From Candidatus Melainabacteria bacterium (GTDB lineage Bacteria; Cyanobacteriota; Vampirovibrionia; 2-02-FULL-35-15), in NCBI GenBank assembly GCA_023250195.1, contig JAHFBF010000005.1, positions 172,025-236,024 of the forward strand: DNA of 64,000 nucleotides, given 5' to 3'. Numbering within the stretch: the stretch's first letter is position 1; every line of letters starts with the position of its first letter. Below the pieces are notes generated by a model that worked only from the letters and a program-made list of their open reading frames with translations, had not been told where the DNA came from and ran no database searches. Below, piece after piece: positions 10,235 through 20,190 of this stretch. The position numbers were made by a program, and so were the translations under genes.

Positions 10235-10720
10235 ATGTCACCGATTTCAATTGTTTCAGCAGCTAGTGCTTCTTTAGCACCTGTTACAAGTATTCAAAAA
10301 GCTGCTGACTTTGTAAGATATTGGGAACTGGGTGAAGGTGAAAATCGCATAATTAAAAATTATGATATAGGTCAAACAGTGCTCCATTGGTTAGAAAATA
10401 AAAGAATGGAAATACCTTGTACATCCTCTGATTTTAAGTATGATTTAGGAATAATTTTTATAGGTAGTGAGCAATTTATTTTATTAACAGCGAAATTTGA
10501 AGATAATTATAGATTACAACTTGCAATTGGCATGGATGGTGGAATCAAAGGTATATTCGATGATAATAAAATCAAGGTAAAACAAGGAAAGAACGCTAGA
10601 CTAAAAAAACATCAAGTTGAAGTGATGCAACAGTTTTTAGCAAAACATCTCTTTGAAAAAAGTAACGGGAATCTACCTCCAGGAAGCACATCAACAACCA
10701 TGGGTAATATTAAACCTTAA
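10235..10720 (+). CDS. Hypothetical protein (161 aa)
   Basis: ORF only. Confidence 0.35.
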   Translation: MSPISIVSAASASLAPVTSIQKAADFVRYWELGEGENRIIKNYDIGQTVLHWLENKRMEIPCTSSDFKYDLGIIFIGSEQFILLTAKFEDNYRLQLAIGMDGGIKGIFDDNKIKVKQGKNARLKKHQVEVMQQFLAKHLFEKSNGNLPPGSTSTTMGNIKP

Positions 10721-11660
10721 CGAATGTTTTACTCACATCATGGGCCTGTCCAATAAGTTCGCTTATTGAGGATAATTTATTTTTCTCACAATAATCTTTT
10801 AGACCATTTATGATTTCAATACTTATTTTTGGATTTACAAAGTTTGCTGTTCCAATTTGAACACAGGATGCTCCACAAAGCAAAAATTCAATAGCATCAT
10901 CTGTAGTATGAATTCCACCAATACCAATAATTGGAATCTTTGGAAATTTTTTATGTGTTTCCCATATCATCCTAAGTGCAATTGGTTTAATTGCAGGACC
11001 GCTGTAACCGCCTGTGGCACGTGGAAGTGTAGGTTTTTTAGTCCAGCGGTTTATAGCCAACCCGAGAACAGTATTAATAAGTGAAACTCCATCAGAACCT
11101 GCATCAACGCAGGCTTTTACAATATCAGTAATATTGGTAACATTTGGAGAGAGTTTTGCCCAGATGGGGATTCCGGTTATCTTTTTAATTTCACTTACAA
11201 GGCTAAAAGCTTTTTTTGGATCCTGACTAAAATCCAATCCTCCAGACACATTTGGACAAGAGAGATTTAATTCAATAGCAGTAATTTCATTTCTAGCTTT
11301 TATAAAATCAACAGCATTTACATAGTCATCCATTATTTCACCAACAATATTAATTATTATTGTGGCATTTTTTTCAACAAGATAAGGAAGTTCATTCTTT
11401 ACAAAAGATTCAATCCCTGGATTCTGTAACCCAATTGAATTGAGCATTCCGCAGCCCGGGATTTCCACAACACGCGGAGTAGGATTTCCATCTCTTGGTT
11501 TTATGCTCAAACTTTTGGTAACTACTCCGCCAAGTTCGCTTAAATTAAAATAAGGTTCAAATTCTCTTGCAGCAACTCCGCATGTACCAGAAGCTAATAA
11601 AATAGGATTTTTAAGAGTAACATTGCCAACATTTGTTTTTAGTTCAGACATTGAATACAT
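10710..11660 (-). CDS. pyrD: Dihydroorotate dehydrogenase, class 1 (catalytic subunit). The start is probably the Met at 11651.
   Basis: LKNPILLASGTCG...GMLNSIGLQNPGIESF...IVGEI...GIGGI motifs of the PyrD TIM barrel. Confidence 0.85.
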   Translation of the reverse strand: MYSMSELKTNVGNVTLKNPILLASGTCGVAAREFEPYFNLSELGGVVTKSLSIKPRDGNPTPRVVEIPGCGMLNSIGLQNPGIESFVKNELPYLVEKNATIIINIVGEIMDDYVNAVDFIKARNEITAIELNLSCPNVSGGLDFSQDPKKAFSLVSEIKKITGIPIWAKLSPNVTNITDIVKACVDAGSDGVSLINTVLGLAINRWTKKPTLPRATGGYSGPAIKPIALRMIWETHKKFPKIPIIGIGGIHTTDDAIEFLLCGASCVQIGTANFVNPKISIEIINGLKDYCEKNKLSSISELIGQAHDVSKTFVKV

Positions 11661-11709
11661 TATAACAATTCATGTTATTGCGAGAAGAGGGTAATATGAG
11701 AGAAAAAAA

Positions 11710-12063
11710 TTAATTTACAAGTTGCAAGATTGCGGTTGGTGCAGCATCTCCACGTCTTGGAAAGGTTTTAATAAGCCTGGTGTAGCCACCCTTTTTAGCT
11801 TTGAAGTTTCCAACAGTTTCGTTAAAAAGTTTTTTTACAACCTCTTTTTCATATAAAAAGGCAGCTGCCTGACGTCTTGCATGGATGTCTCCGCGTTTTG
11901 CAAGTGTAATTAAATATTCTACTTCCCTTTGCAGTGCTTTTGCTCTGCCTAAAGTAGTTTTTATTTCACCACTCTTAAAAAATGAATTTGCAAGTGTACG
12001 AAGCACTGCTTTCCTTTGATCAGCAGGCAATGATAATTTATTCTTTTTCTTTAAGTGTCTCAT
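11710..12063 (-). CDS. rplQ: 50S ribosomal protein L17
   Basis: MRHLKKKNKLSLPADQRKAVLRTLANS... is typical of L17. Position after rpoA. Confidence 0.9.
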   Translation of the reverse strand: MRHLKKKNKLSLPADQRKAVLRTLANSFFKSGEIKTTLGRAKALQREVEYLITLAKRGDIHARRQAAAFLYEKEVVKKLFNETVGNFKAKKGGYTRLIKTFPRRGDAAPTAILQLVN

Positions 12064-13067
12064 TAAGTAGAAAAGGCCTCGCTCTCCATATTACTTAATT
12101 CGTCTATGTTTGGCGGAATTGTTTCATCAACAAGATGCATTCCCATCTTGTGTAACCTTTCCAACACTTCATCAGCTGATTTTTTCCCAAAGTTTTTAAT
12201 ATTCATCAGCTCATTATATGAAAGGCTTAATAATTCACCAAGTGAATTAATATTTGCTCTCTTTAAGCAGTTATATGCTCTGACAGAGAGTTCTAACTCT
12301 TCAATACTAAGCTGTTTTCTTTGGTCAACAACTTCTTCTATCTGTACTGGTTCAACCGTTGCTTGTATGCTGATTGATTCACCGGAAAATTGAGCTACGG
12401 GTGCTAATTTTTCTATTAACTTTGCAGCGGCCTGTCCTAAAGCTACTGTTGATTCAATACCACCACTTGACCAGATTTCTATAGCTAATCTATCAAAATC
12501 CACACCGTCATGTGTTCTTATTGACTCAACTGCATAAGAAACTTTCTTGATGGGCATGAAAACAGCATCTACAGGAATCATGTCAATTGCTCTGTTTTGT
12601 GCTTTTTGTTTATCAGCAGGGATATAACCAACCCCATTTTCAACAATAATTTCCATCTCAAGTTTTCCCTCTGCTGCCAGAGTAGCAATTTTCCAGTCTG
12701 GATTAATCACCTGAACATCTGCAGGGAGTTGAATGTCTTTAGCCAGGATTGTCATTGGACCTTTAGCTGAAATTTTTAAAGACTGTGGCTGGTTTGAAAA
12801 AGATTTAACTACTAACCCTTTCAGGTTCAGCATTATGTCAATAACATCTTCTAAAACTCCTGGAACAGAAGAAAACTCATGAGTTACTCCTTCAATTCTT
12901 ACTCCTGTAACAGCAGAACCGGGAATACTTGAAAGTAAAATCCTTCTTAGTGAGTTTCCAACGGTGGCACCAAAACCTCTATCAAATGGCTCGATTAAAA
13001 ACTTTCCATAAAGTGAACCATCATTATTGGTTTTATTCTCCAGGCATTTTATTGTTATCTGACTCAT
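12063..13067 (-). CDS. rpoA: DNA-directed RNA polymerase subunit alpha
   Basis: 334 aa. N-terminal domain GFGATVGNSLRRILLSSIPG. Position after rpsK. Confidence 0.9.
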   Translation of the reverse strand: MSQITIKCLENKTNNDGSLYGKFLIEPFDRGFGATVGNSLRRILLSSIPGSAVTGVRIEGVTHEFSSVPGVLEDVIDIMLNLKGLVVKSFSNQPQSLKISAKGPMTILAKDIQLPADVQVINPDWKIATLAAEGKLEMEIIVENGVGYIPADKQKAQNRAIDMIPVDAVFMPIKKVSYAVESIRTHDGVDFDRLAIEIWSSGGIESTVALGQAAAKLIEKLAPVAQFSGESISIQATVEPVQIEEVVDQRKQLSIEELELSVRAYNCLKRANINSLGELLSLSYNELMNIKNFGKKSADEVLERLHKMGMHLVDETIPPNIDELSNMESEAFST

Positions 13068-13129
13068 TTTATTTTCTGCTCCTTTTTCTTAATTAATTCT
13101 CAATTATCCATTGTCAATTCTCAATTTGA

Positions 13130-13504
13130 TTACACCCTTCTTCTCTTTGAGGCTCTGCAACCGTTATGTGGTATTGGAGTAACATCACGTAAAACAGTTA
13201 CTCTAAGACCTGCTGATTGTAGTGCTCTTATTGCAGTTTCTCTGCCTGATCCTGGCCCGCTTACTTCAACTTCAACTTGTCTCATGCCATACTCTGCAAC
13301 TTTTTTTGCAACACTTAAAGCTGCTTGTTGAGCAGCAAATGGGGTCCCCTTCTTTGCTCCTTTAAATCCACATGCACCGGCGCTTGACCAGGCCAACGCA
13401 TTCCCCTGAGGGTCTGTAGCAGTGACAATTGTATTGTTAAAGGTAGATTGGATATGAATATATCCAGATGGTACATTTTTTCTTTCTTTTTTCTTTGTTT
13501 TCAT
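13130..13504 (-). CDS. rpsK: 30S ribosomal protein S11
   Basis: [34 protein letters not shown]. Confidence 0.9.
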   Translation of the reverse strand: MKTKKKERKNVPSGYIHIQSTFNNTIVTATDPQGNALAWSSAGACGFKGAKKGTPFAAQQAALSVAKKVAEYGMRQVEVEVSGPGSGRETAIRALQSAGLRVTVLRDVTPIPHNGCRASKRRRV

Positions 13505-13508
13505 AAAT

Positions 13509-13895
13509 TTATTTTAGAGTTGCTGTTTGTTTCTTACCAGCGACTGTCATCCTCTTTCTGCCTCTCCTTGTTCTTGCATTGGTTTTTGTTCTTTGACCTC
13601 TGAGTGGCAGTCCTTTTCTATGTCTTATTCCTCTATAGCAGTTGATTTCTGTTAAACGTTTTATATTTAATCCTTCAATTCTTCTTAAGTCACCTTCAAC
13701 CTGATAATTCTTTTCAATTTCTTCTCTAATCTTATTTATTTCAGGGTCTGTAAGATCTTTCATTCTTTTGTTTTTATCAACGCCTGTTTTCTCTAAAATT
13801 TTATTACTTAAAGATCTGCCAATTCCATAAAGATATCCAAGTGAGATTTCTACTCTTTTATTTTGTGGTAAATCTACTCCTGCAAATCGTGCCAT
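13509..13895 (-). CDS. rpsM: 30S ribosomal protein S13
   Basis: [28 protein letters not shown].... Confidence 0.9.
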   Translation of the reverse strand: MARFAGVDLPQNKRVEISLGYLYGIGRSLSNKILEKTGVDKNKRMKDLTDPEINKIREEIEKNYQVEGDLRRIEGLNIKRLTEINCYRGIRHRKGLPLRGQRTKTNARTRRGRKRMTVAGKKQTATLK

Positions 13896-14089
13896 TGTTT
13901 CCTCAAATTTTGTTGTTTATTACCGGATTTTCTAAAAATAATTTTATACAGAAAAATAAAGACAAGGGTAGAATTTTATCTTTTTTATGCAATTGAAACA
14001 AGCAATTACGCATTTTTTATTGTATAAAAACTCTTGTTATCCGTAATAATAATACGATATACGGTATTTTAGGTGCTCTATCAAGGGGT

Positions 14090-14203
14090 CTATGCTTGTT
14101 TTTGCTTATGCTTTGGGTTCTCGCAAATTACCATTACGCGCCCTTTACGCCTGATAACTTTGCATTTTGCACAAATCTTTTTTACTGATGCTCTGTGTTT
14201 CAT
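14090..14203 (-). CDS. rpmJ: 50S ribosomal protein L36 (37 aa). Not in the supplied ORF track because it is below the length cut-off.
   Basis: Manual reverse-complement translation gives [37 protein letters not shown] with stop TAG. This has the Cys/His zinc-ribbon spacing of L36 and sits in the canonical infA-rpmJ-rpsM position. Confidence 0.85.
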   Translation of the reverse strand: MKHRASVKKICAKCKVIRRKGRVMVICENPKHKQKQA

Positions 14204-14216
14204 TAGTTAATTTCCT

Positions 14217-14465
14217 TTACTCATTAATCTCTTTGACTACGCCTCTTTTTTCTTGAACTCTGAAGGTAATCCTGCCTCTGTTTAAATCATAAGGTGTAAG
14301 TTCAACTTTTACTCTATCACCCGGTAGTATTTTAATAAAATTCTTTCTTATTTTTCCGGAAATGTGAGCTAGGACTACATGACCATTGTCCAGTTCTACT
14401 CGAAACATTGCATTTGGCAATGATTCTTTTATTAAGCCTTCGAATTCAATTGTATCTTTTGGCAT
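14217..14465 (-). CDS. infA: Translation initiation factor IF-1
   Basis: S1-like fold sequence [58 protein letters not shown]. Confidence 0.9.
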   Translation of the reverse strand: MPKDTIEFEGLIKESLPNAMFRVELDNGHVVLAHISGKIRKNFIKILPGDRVKVELTPYDLNRGRITFRVQEKRGVVKEINE

Positions 14466-14550
14466 AAGAAAGATTATAGCGTAACATTTTAAATCTTTGT
14501 TGGTTTTTACCTACAGCTCTCTTCGCTCATTCTTCGCTTGTCGGGCTTAG

Positions 14551-15345
14551 CTAGACAGTAGTAACCTTTGTTGTTATATATTGCTTATCTTTAGTAACCA
14601 GAATAGTATGTTCGAAATGTGCTGAAAACTTATGATCTGCCGTTACAATTGTCCAGTCATCTTTTAGTTTTCTTACATCATCGGTCCCGAGATTAAACAT
14701 TGGCTCAATACATAGCAGCATGCCGGGCTTTATTTCCGAGTTTTCAGTGTGTTCAAAATACTCAGGCCAGTTTGGTATAAATGGTTCACTGTGATAATTT
14801 GGTCCTATTCCATGGCCGCCAAACATTCTTACAAGTCCATATTTTTCTTTTTTTGCCACGTTGTTTACAGAAATTGAAATGTCTTTAATGGTTTTTCCGG
14901 CTTTGCAGTTTTCAATGCCTTTATATAATGAAGCTTCTGTATCATCCATTAGTTTTTGAATTTGAGGGTTAATAGGACCTGCAGCAACTGTTCTTGCTGT
15001 ATCACCAATGTAATTCCATTCTTTCCCGTTAAATTTTTCTTTTATAGTTACTCCAATATCCAGACTGATAATATCTCCTTCTTTTAAAATCCTGGTTTTG
15101 TTTGGAATGCCGTGAACTACCTCATGATTTATTGAAGTACACAGAGAAGCCGGAAATCCTAAGTAGCCTTTAAAGGTCGGAATTGCACCCTGTGATCTAA
15201 TCCATTCTTCTGCAATTTGATCAAGCTCCCAGGTACTTATTCCAGGCTTAACAGATTTACATGCAATATTCAGTGCCTGTCCGGCAAGTTTCCCGGCAAG
15301 CTTGATAGCTTCAAATTGTCCTTCTTCGTAGATTGTTGCTGCCAT
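14551..15345 (-). CDS. map: Methionine aminopeptidase, type I
   Basis: 264 aa with pita-bread fold motifs (HGIP, metal-binding D/D/H/E/E spacing). Confidence 0.85.
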   Translation of the reverse strand: MAATIYEEGQFEAIKLAGKLAGQALNIACKSVKPGISTWELDQIAEEWIRSQGAIPTFKGYLGFPASLCTSINHEVVHGIPNKTRILKEGDIISLDIGVTIKEKFNGKEWNYIGDTARTVAAGPINPQIQKLMDDTEASLYKGIENCKAGKTIKDISISVNNVAKKEKYGLVRMFGGHGIGPNYHSEPFIPNWPEYFEHTENSEIKPGMLLCIEPMFNLGTDDVRKLKDDWTIVTADHKFSAHFEHTILVTKDKQYITTKVTTV

Positions 15346-15347
15346 AA

Positions 15348-16013
15348 TTAGGAAAGAATTTTAATTATCTTATTATAAACTTCTTCCGGTTCTTTTGCCC
15401 CATCTATATCAATTAATTTATTTTGGTCTCTGTAATATTTCTCAAGAGGTGCAGTTTTATTATGGTACTCATTAAGTCTTTCTTTGGCTGCTTCTTCTGT
15501 ATCATCTTTTCTCTGATATAAGGGGGAGCCGCATACATCACATTTATTTTCTTCTTTCGGCTTCCTTGTAACCAAATTAAAAATCGCCCCACAACTTTTA
15601 TTTGAACAAAGTCTTCTTGAACTAAGCCTCTTTACAAGAATATTTTCAGGGGACTGGATATTTAATACGTAGGCAAGATCAAGCTTTAATTCTTCAAGCA
15701 GACTCTTAAGTGCATTTGCCTGCAGAATTGTTCTGGGGAAGCCATCTAAAATAAACCCGTTAAAATTTTTGTCTTTTAATACAATAAGTTTTTCCCTGAT
15801 TAAATCAATAACAAGTTGATCCGGGACTAATTTCCCACTTTCCACAAATTGTTGTGCTTTTGTACCCAACTCTGTTTTATTTGCAATTGCTTCTCTTATT
15901 AAACTTCCTGTATCAATATGCGGAAGTTTAAGTTCATGAGATATTTTCTTTGCCTGTGTTCCTTTGCCGGCTCCAGGAGCACCAAAAAAAATAATGTTTA
16001 CTTGTTTTTGCAT
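15348..16013 (-). CDS. adk: Adenylate kinase (long form, zinc-lid CxxC...CxxC)
   Basis: P-loop IFFGAPGAGKGTQA. LID cysteines CSNKSCG...CDVCG. Confidence 0.9.
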   Translation of the reverse strand: MQKQVNIIFFGAPGAGKGTQAKKISHELKLPHIDTGSLIREAIANKTELGTKAQQFVESGKLVPDQLVIDLIREKLIVLKDKNFNGFILDGFPRTILQANALKSLLEELKLDLAYVLNIQSPENILVKRLSSRRLCSNKSCGAIFNLVTRKPKEENKCDVCGSPLYQRKDDTEEAAKERLNEYHNKTAPLEKYYRDQNKLIDIDGAKEPEEVYNKIIKILS

Positions 16014-16109
16014 GAGCCTATATATTTTAGCCTATTTTTTTCTTAACCGATCCTTAGTAGTTATTTTGCAGTATAGAAATAGGAAATAAAAATTTAAGAA
16101 AGGAATTAT

Positions 16110-16292
16110 ATGACAGCAGCAATACCAGCGGCAACTGCGGCGATAAATACTGCAAGGGCTCTGGCAACCACCAGTCCTAATTTTGCAGGACAAGCAGCAG
16201 CAGTAGCTGGAAGTTCTTTACCAAAAGCTACTCCTCCATTAAACCTTGCATCAGATGCTAGTAGAGGAATCGTTCCAATAGCAAGGGCTTAA
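16110..16292 (+). CDS. Small Ala-rich ORF (60 aa). Coding status uncertain.
   Basis: GC-rich, Ala-rich ORF (MTAAIPAATAAINTARALATT...) in an otherwise AT-rich intergenic gap upstream of adk. A plausible RBS (aggaa) is present. Confidence 0.25.
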   Translation: MTAAIPAATAAINTARALATTSPNFAGQAAAVAGSSLPKATPPLNLASDASRGIVPIARA

Positions 16293-18049
16293 TTAAAAAC
16301 CAATTCTTTCTCTTTAATTTTCCTGGCATTTTCCAATAGCGACCTTGCAAATAATTTTGCATCTTCAGTAATGCCATCTTTTCGTTTTTTATCCGGGGTT
16401 AATAGTGTAGCCAGAGCTTCTGCTTTTTCATTTTGTGAAACTTCTTTTACTGTTACATGGGTAATTCCATCAAGTATATTTTTCTCAATTACAAAGTGAG
16501 TGTCCGCCATTGCGCAGATAATTGGCTGGTGAGTTATACATAAAATCTGGGTTTGATGGGATATTTTATAAAGCTTTTTAGCAACACTTGAAGCTATTTC
16601 ACCGCTGACACCCATATCGATTTCATCGAGGATCATTGTCTGGGAGATTTGCTGCGGCAAGTCTCTACAGCAGGCAATTGACTTAATTGCCAGCATTATT
16701 CTGGATAATTCTCCACCAGAAGCTACTTTCAATAATGGTTTTGGAGGTTCATCAGGGTTTGCAGTAAATAAAAATTGAATTTGTTCTTTCCCAAAAAATG
16801 AAAGATCGCAAGGTGTAAATTCAACCACCAGTAGAGGCTTGCCATGGCAAGCCTCTACACCGCCAAACCCCAATGTCTGTAATTCCTCATTGATTCTGTC
16901 TACAAATTTTTGAGTAAGGTTTTCTCTTGCACCTGTTAGTTTTTGAGCCAGAATATTTATTTCTTTTTCTTTCTGCTTGAAAGATTTTTCAAGATCTTCG
17001 TGAGAAACATTTATTGATTTTAGTTCTTTAAGTTCCATCTGGATTTTTTTATAGTATTCCAGAATATCAGCCAAAGTCTTTCCATATTTTCTTTTTAAGT
17101 CATAAAAAACATCCAGCCTATCTTCAATTTCATCTAAGTCACCTTCATTACAATCAATGCTTCCTGAATAACTGTTTGTAAAAGAAGATAGTTCTTTTGT
17201 CTCAGAAATTGTATTTTCAATGGTTTCCAGATAAGGTTCAAAAGACTTATCAAATTCCAGTGAGGCTGTAAGAAGCTTTTTTATCTGGGACAAGTTAAAA
17301 ATCAAATTGTTTTGATTCTCGCTGTTGATTATTTCGTAGATCAGACTTGTATTTTCAAGTAAATCTTTTTTATTTAGTAAAATTTCTCTTTTTGCCAGGA
17401 GGGTTTCTTCTTCGTTCAGGTCATTAATCTGTGCAAATTTTATTTCTTCTGTCTCAAATTCAAGCAAACTTTGTTTTTTTGTCAGTTCTGCTGAATTACT
17501 TAAATGATTGTTTAATCCGGATTTAATTGATTGATATTCTTCAAAAGACTGTTTATATTCATTAACTAGATTTTCATGAGAGTCGCCCCCGAAGCTGTCC
17601 AGGATTTCCAGCTGCTTTTCAAGTTTTAGAAGCTCTATGTGCTCACTTTGTTCATGAATATCAACAATATGCCGTCTTAAAAATAAAAGATGTGAAACAT
17701 TTGCCAGAGAGCCGTTTATTCTTGCTTTTGATCCCTGAGAAGTAAGTTCACGTGAGATAACTAAAGTGTTCTCATTTTCGGAGTTTTCAAAACCATTTTT
17801 TTCAAGCCAATCACGTAGAGACGTTGTACGCAAGGCCTCTACAAAGAATATTCCTTCTACAACAGCTTTGCCTGCCCCGGTTTTAATTTGATCTGAGTTT
17901 GTTCTTGAACCAAATAAAAAATCAATGGCATCTGCAATTACTGATTTACCGGCTCCAGTTTCGCCTGTCAGGACAATAAAGTCATTTTTAAAAATGAAGT
18001 CAATCTGATCTATTATCGCAAAGTTAGTTATTGTAAGTTGAGTTAACAT
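16289..18049 (-). CDS. recN: DNA repair protein RecN. The start is probably MLTQL... at 18049 (ORF extends to 18055).
   Basis: MLTQLTITNFAIIDQIDFIFKNDFIVLTGETGAGKSVIADAIDFLFG (Walker A). Long coiled coil. C-terminal LSGGELSRIMLAIK signature and ILDEID Walker B. Confidence 0.85.
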   Translation of the reverse strand: MLTQLTITNFAIIDQIDFIFKNDFIVLTGETGAGKSVIADAIDFLFGSRTNSDQIKTGAGKAVVEGIFFVEALRTTSLRDWLEKNGFENSENENTLVISRELTSQGSKARINGSLANVSHLLFLRRHIVDIHEQSEHIELLKLEKQLEILDSFGGDSHENLVNEYKQSFEEYQSIKSGLNNHLSNSAELTKKQSLLEFETEEIKFAQINDLNEEETLLAKREILLNKKDLLENTSLIYEIINSENQNNLIFNLSQIKKLLTASLEFDKSFEPYLETIENTISETKELSSFTNSYSGSIDCNEGDLDEIEDRLDVFYDLKRKYGKTLADILEYYKKIQMELKELKSINVSHEDLEKSFKQKEKEINILAQKLTGARENLTQKFVDRINEELQTLGFGGVEACHGKPLLVVEFTPCDLSFFGKEQIQFLFTANPDEPPKPLLKVASGGELSRIMLAIKSIACCRDLPQQISQTMILDEIDMGVSGEIASSVAKKLYKISHQTQILCITHQPIICAMADTHFVIEKNILDGITHVTVKEVSQNEKAEALATLLTPDKKRKDGITEDAKLFARSLLENARKIKEKELVFN

Positions 18050-18082
18050 TACCATCTATTATAATAGGACTGAGGATCCAAG

Positions 18083-19042
18083 ATGTTAAGCAAAGAGAGC
18101 CAAATAAGTCACGTCATTGCGAGGAAGGATAAAGTCCTGTTGACGTGTAGCCATTTTTTTCTTGTAGCTGTTCTTTTCTTAACTCAGTTTCTGGTTTTCA
18201 TACCGCAGTCTTGTGCAAGAACACCACGCTTAATAATAGTAGGTTCTACTACCATGCTTCCTTTATCAGAGCATTTAGCCACTCATTACAGAAAAAAAAT
18301 TGGAGTAGATGTTTTAGTCCAGGGGGGTGGGTCAAGCGCTGGTCCAATTGCGGTTTTACATAAGATTGCTCAGATTGCAGCAAGCTCAAGAACATTTACA
18401 GAAGAAGAAGGCAAAAACTTAAAAATATTTGTAATTGCTCATGACGTGCTTGCAATTGTTACACATCCATCAAATCCAGTAAAAAATATTACAATAAATC
18501 AGCTGAGAGATGTTTTATCAGGGAAAATTACAAACTGGCAGGATCTTGGGGCCCCTTTTAGTAAACCGATTCAACTGGTTAATGATTCGTCGGGGAATGG
18601 AACACGATCTGCAATAGAAGAACTTGTAATGGGAAAGTCTAAAGCAAAGAAAACTATAGGTACTCTAATTACGCTTAAGTCAGTTGTATCAAATTCAAGT
18701 TCAGAAATGAAAGCAAATGTTGCAAACTTCAAGTATGCAATAGGTTATCTGCCGTTTAGTTATATTGATAATACTGTTAAAGCTCTTTATATTGATAAAG
18801 TTCCTCCTACATATGCTGCTGCTTATAAAGGGGACTATCCTCTTTTTAGGGATCTTTACTATGCGATCAAAAAAGGTTCTTCTGAGCTTGAATTAGCGTA
18901 TATTTATTATGTGCTTAGTCCTGAAGGACAGGATATAGTAGTGCAGGAAGGATTTTTGCCTGTAAGTCTTATAACATCAGTTGAAGAATTAGATAGAATT
19001 AAGTCTAGTGAAAAATTAAAAACCAGTGAGGCGATTAAGTGA
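18083..19042 (+). CDS. PstS/PhoT-family periplasmic substrate-binding protein (phosphate-type PBP), with an N-terminal membrane anchor or signal
   Basis: GSTTMLPLSEHLATHYRKKIGVDVLVQGGGSSAGPIA plus a later T-N-W motif typical of PBP-like-2/PstS. No pstCAB follows. Confidence 0.7.
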   Translation: MLSKESQISHVIARKDKVLLTCSHFFLVAVLFLTQFLVFIPQSCARTPRLIIVGSTTMLPLSEHLATHYRKKIGVDVLVQGGGSSAGPIAVLHKIAQIAASSRTFTEEEGKNLKIFVIAHDVLAIVTHPSNPVKNITINQLRDVLSGKITNWQDLGAPFSKPIQLVNDSSGNGTRSAIEELVMGKSKAKKTIGTLITLKSVVSNSSSEMKANVANFKYAIGYLPFSYIDNTVKALYIDKVPPTYAAAYKGDYPLFRDLYYAIKKGSSELELAYIYYVLSPEGQDIVVQEGFLPVSLITSVEELDRIKSSEKLKTSEAIK

Positions 19043-20190
19043 ATAAACAACTTTCAACTTTTTTTATTTTAATGTGCAGTTTATTTTTAAGTGGTTGTTT
19101 TATGCCGCCACAGACTAAAGATGGTTATAGAATTGCAGTTGTTGCTCCACAAAGTGGGCCATATTCCCTGCTTGGAGAATCAATTATTAATGGAGCTGAA
19201 CTTGCTGTAGAGCAGGCAAATAAAAATGGTGAAAAAGGTGGCGATAACAGAAAAATTGTTTTAGTTAAAGAAGATGATGGCGGGCTGGTTGGAGAAGGAG
19301 CATTTTTTGCATATCGATTGACAAGGACCGAGATGATATTAGGTGTAATAGGACATTTAAATTCTGACATTTCTATTCCGGCCTCTGAGTTTTACAGCCG
19401 TGCAAAAATCCCTCAAATTAGTCCTGGAAGTACAAGCCCATATTTTACAGAAAGAGAAGGAACAAAAGGTTATGTATTTAGAACAATAGGGCGGGATGAT
19501 ACACAGGGAAAAATTTTAGCTAACTATGTTATAAAAAAAGGTTTTGGAAGAATAGCTATTTTATACAATGATCGTGCTTATGGAAAACTTCTTGCCGGGG
19601 AATTCGCAAAATCGCTGAAGAACAGTGTAAATATAAAAATAAAACCACAGATTGTTTTTTACGGCATGATAGAAGTTGGGCAAAAAGATTATGGCTCTTT
19701 AATCTCACAACTTTCCTCTTATAAACCGGATGTTGTTTTTCTGGCTGGTGAGCATGATGATGCGGGAAATCTGGTAAAAGATTTTCCAAAATACGGACTT
19801 GGAATGATTCAATTTCTTGGAGGGGATGGAATAGATAATGAAGACTTTATAGAAATTGGAGGAAAGAATACTGAAGGTGCTGTGGTGATTTCACCTGCTC
19901 CTATAGTAGATAAAGAGTTTATTCTGGAATATAAGAAACATTTTAAAAAAGAACCGATTGGTTATGCTGCAAATTCATATGATGCTGCAAATATATTAAT
20001 CAATGCTATAAGAAAAGTAAAGATTCATGATAGTGAACAAGTTGCTAAAGAAATAGCATCTACAATGAACTTTCAAGGTGTAAGCGGCTTAATTTCATTT
20101 AATGAAATTGGAGATTTAACTTCACCGGGTTTTGTTTTAAGCAAAGTCCAGGGTGGGAAATTTAAGGTAATTAAAAATGATGAGAAGTAA
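19039..20190 (+). CDS. Lipoprotein. Periplasmic binding protein of the LivK/Peripla_BP_6 (branched-chain amino acid-type) family.
   Basis: Lipobox LFLSGC. Type-I PBP fold sequence. Paralogous to the next gene. Confidence 0.7.
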   Translation: MNKQLSTFFILMCSLFLSGCFMPPQTKDGYRIAVVAPQSGPYSLLGESIINGAELAVEQANKNGEKGGDNRKIVLVKEDDGGLVGEGAFFAYRLTRTEMILGVIGHLNSDISIPASEFYSRAKIPQISPGSTSPYFTEREGTKGYVFRTIGRDDTQGKILANYVIKKGFGRIAILYNDRAYGKLLAGEFAKSLKNSVNIKIKPQIVFYGMIEVGQKDYGSLISQLSSYKPDVVFLAGEHDDAGNLVKDFPKYGLGMIQFLGGDGIDNEDFIEIGGKNTEGAVVISPAPIVDKEFILEYKKHFKKEPIGYAANSYDAANILINAIRKVKIHDSEQVAKEIASTMNFQGVSGLISFNEIGDLTSPGFVLSKVQGGKFKVIKNDEK

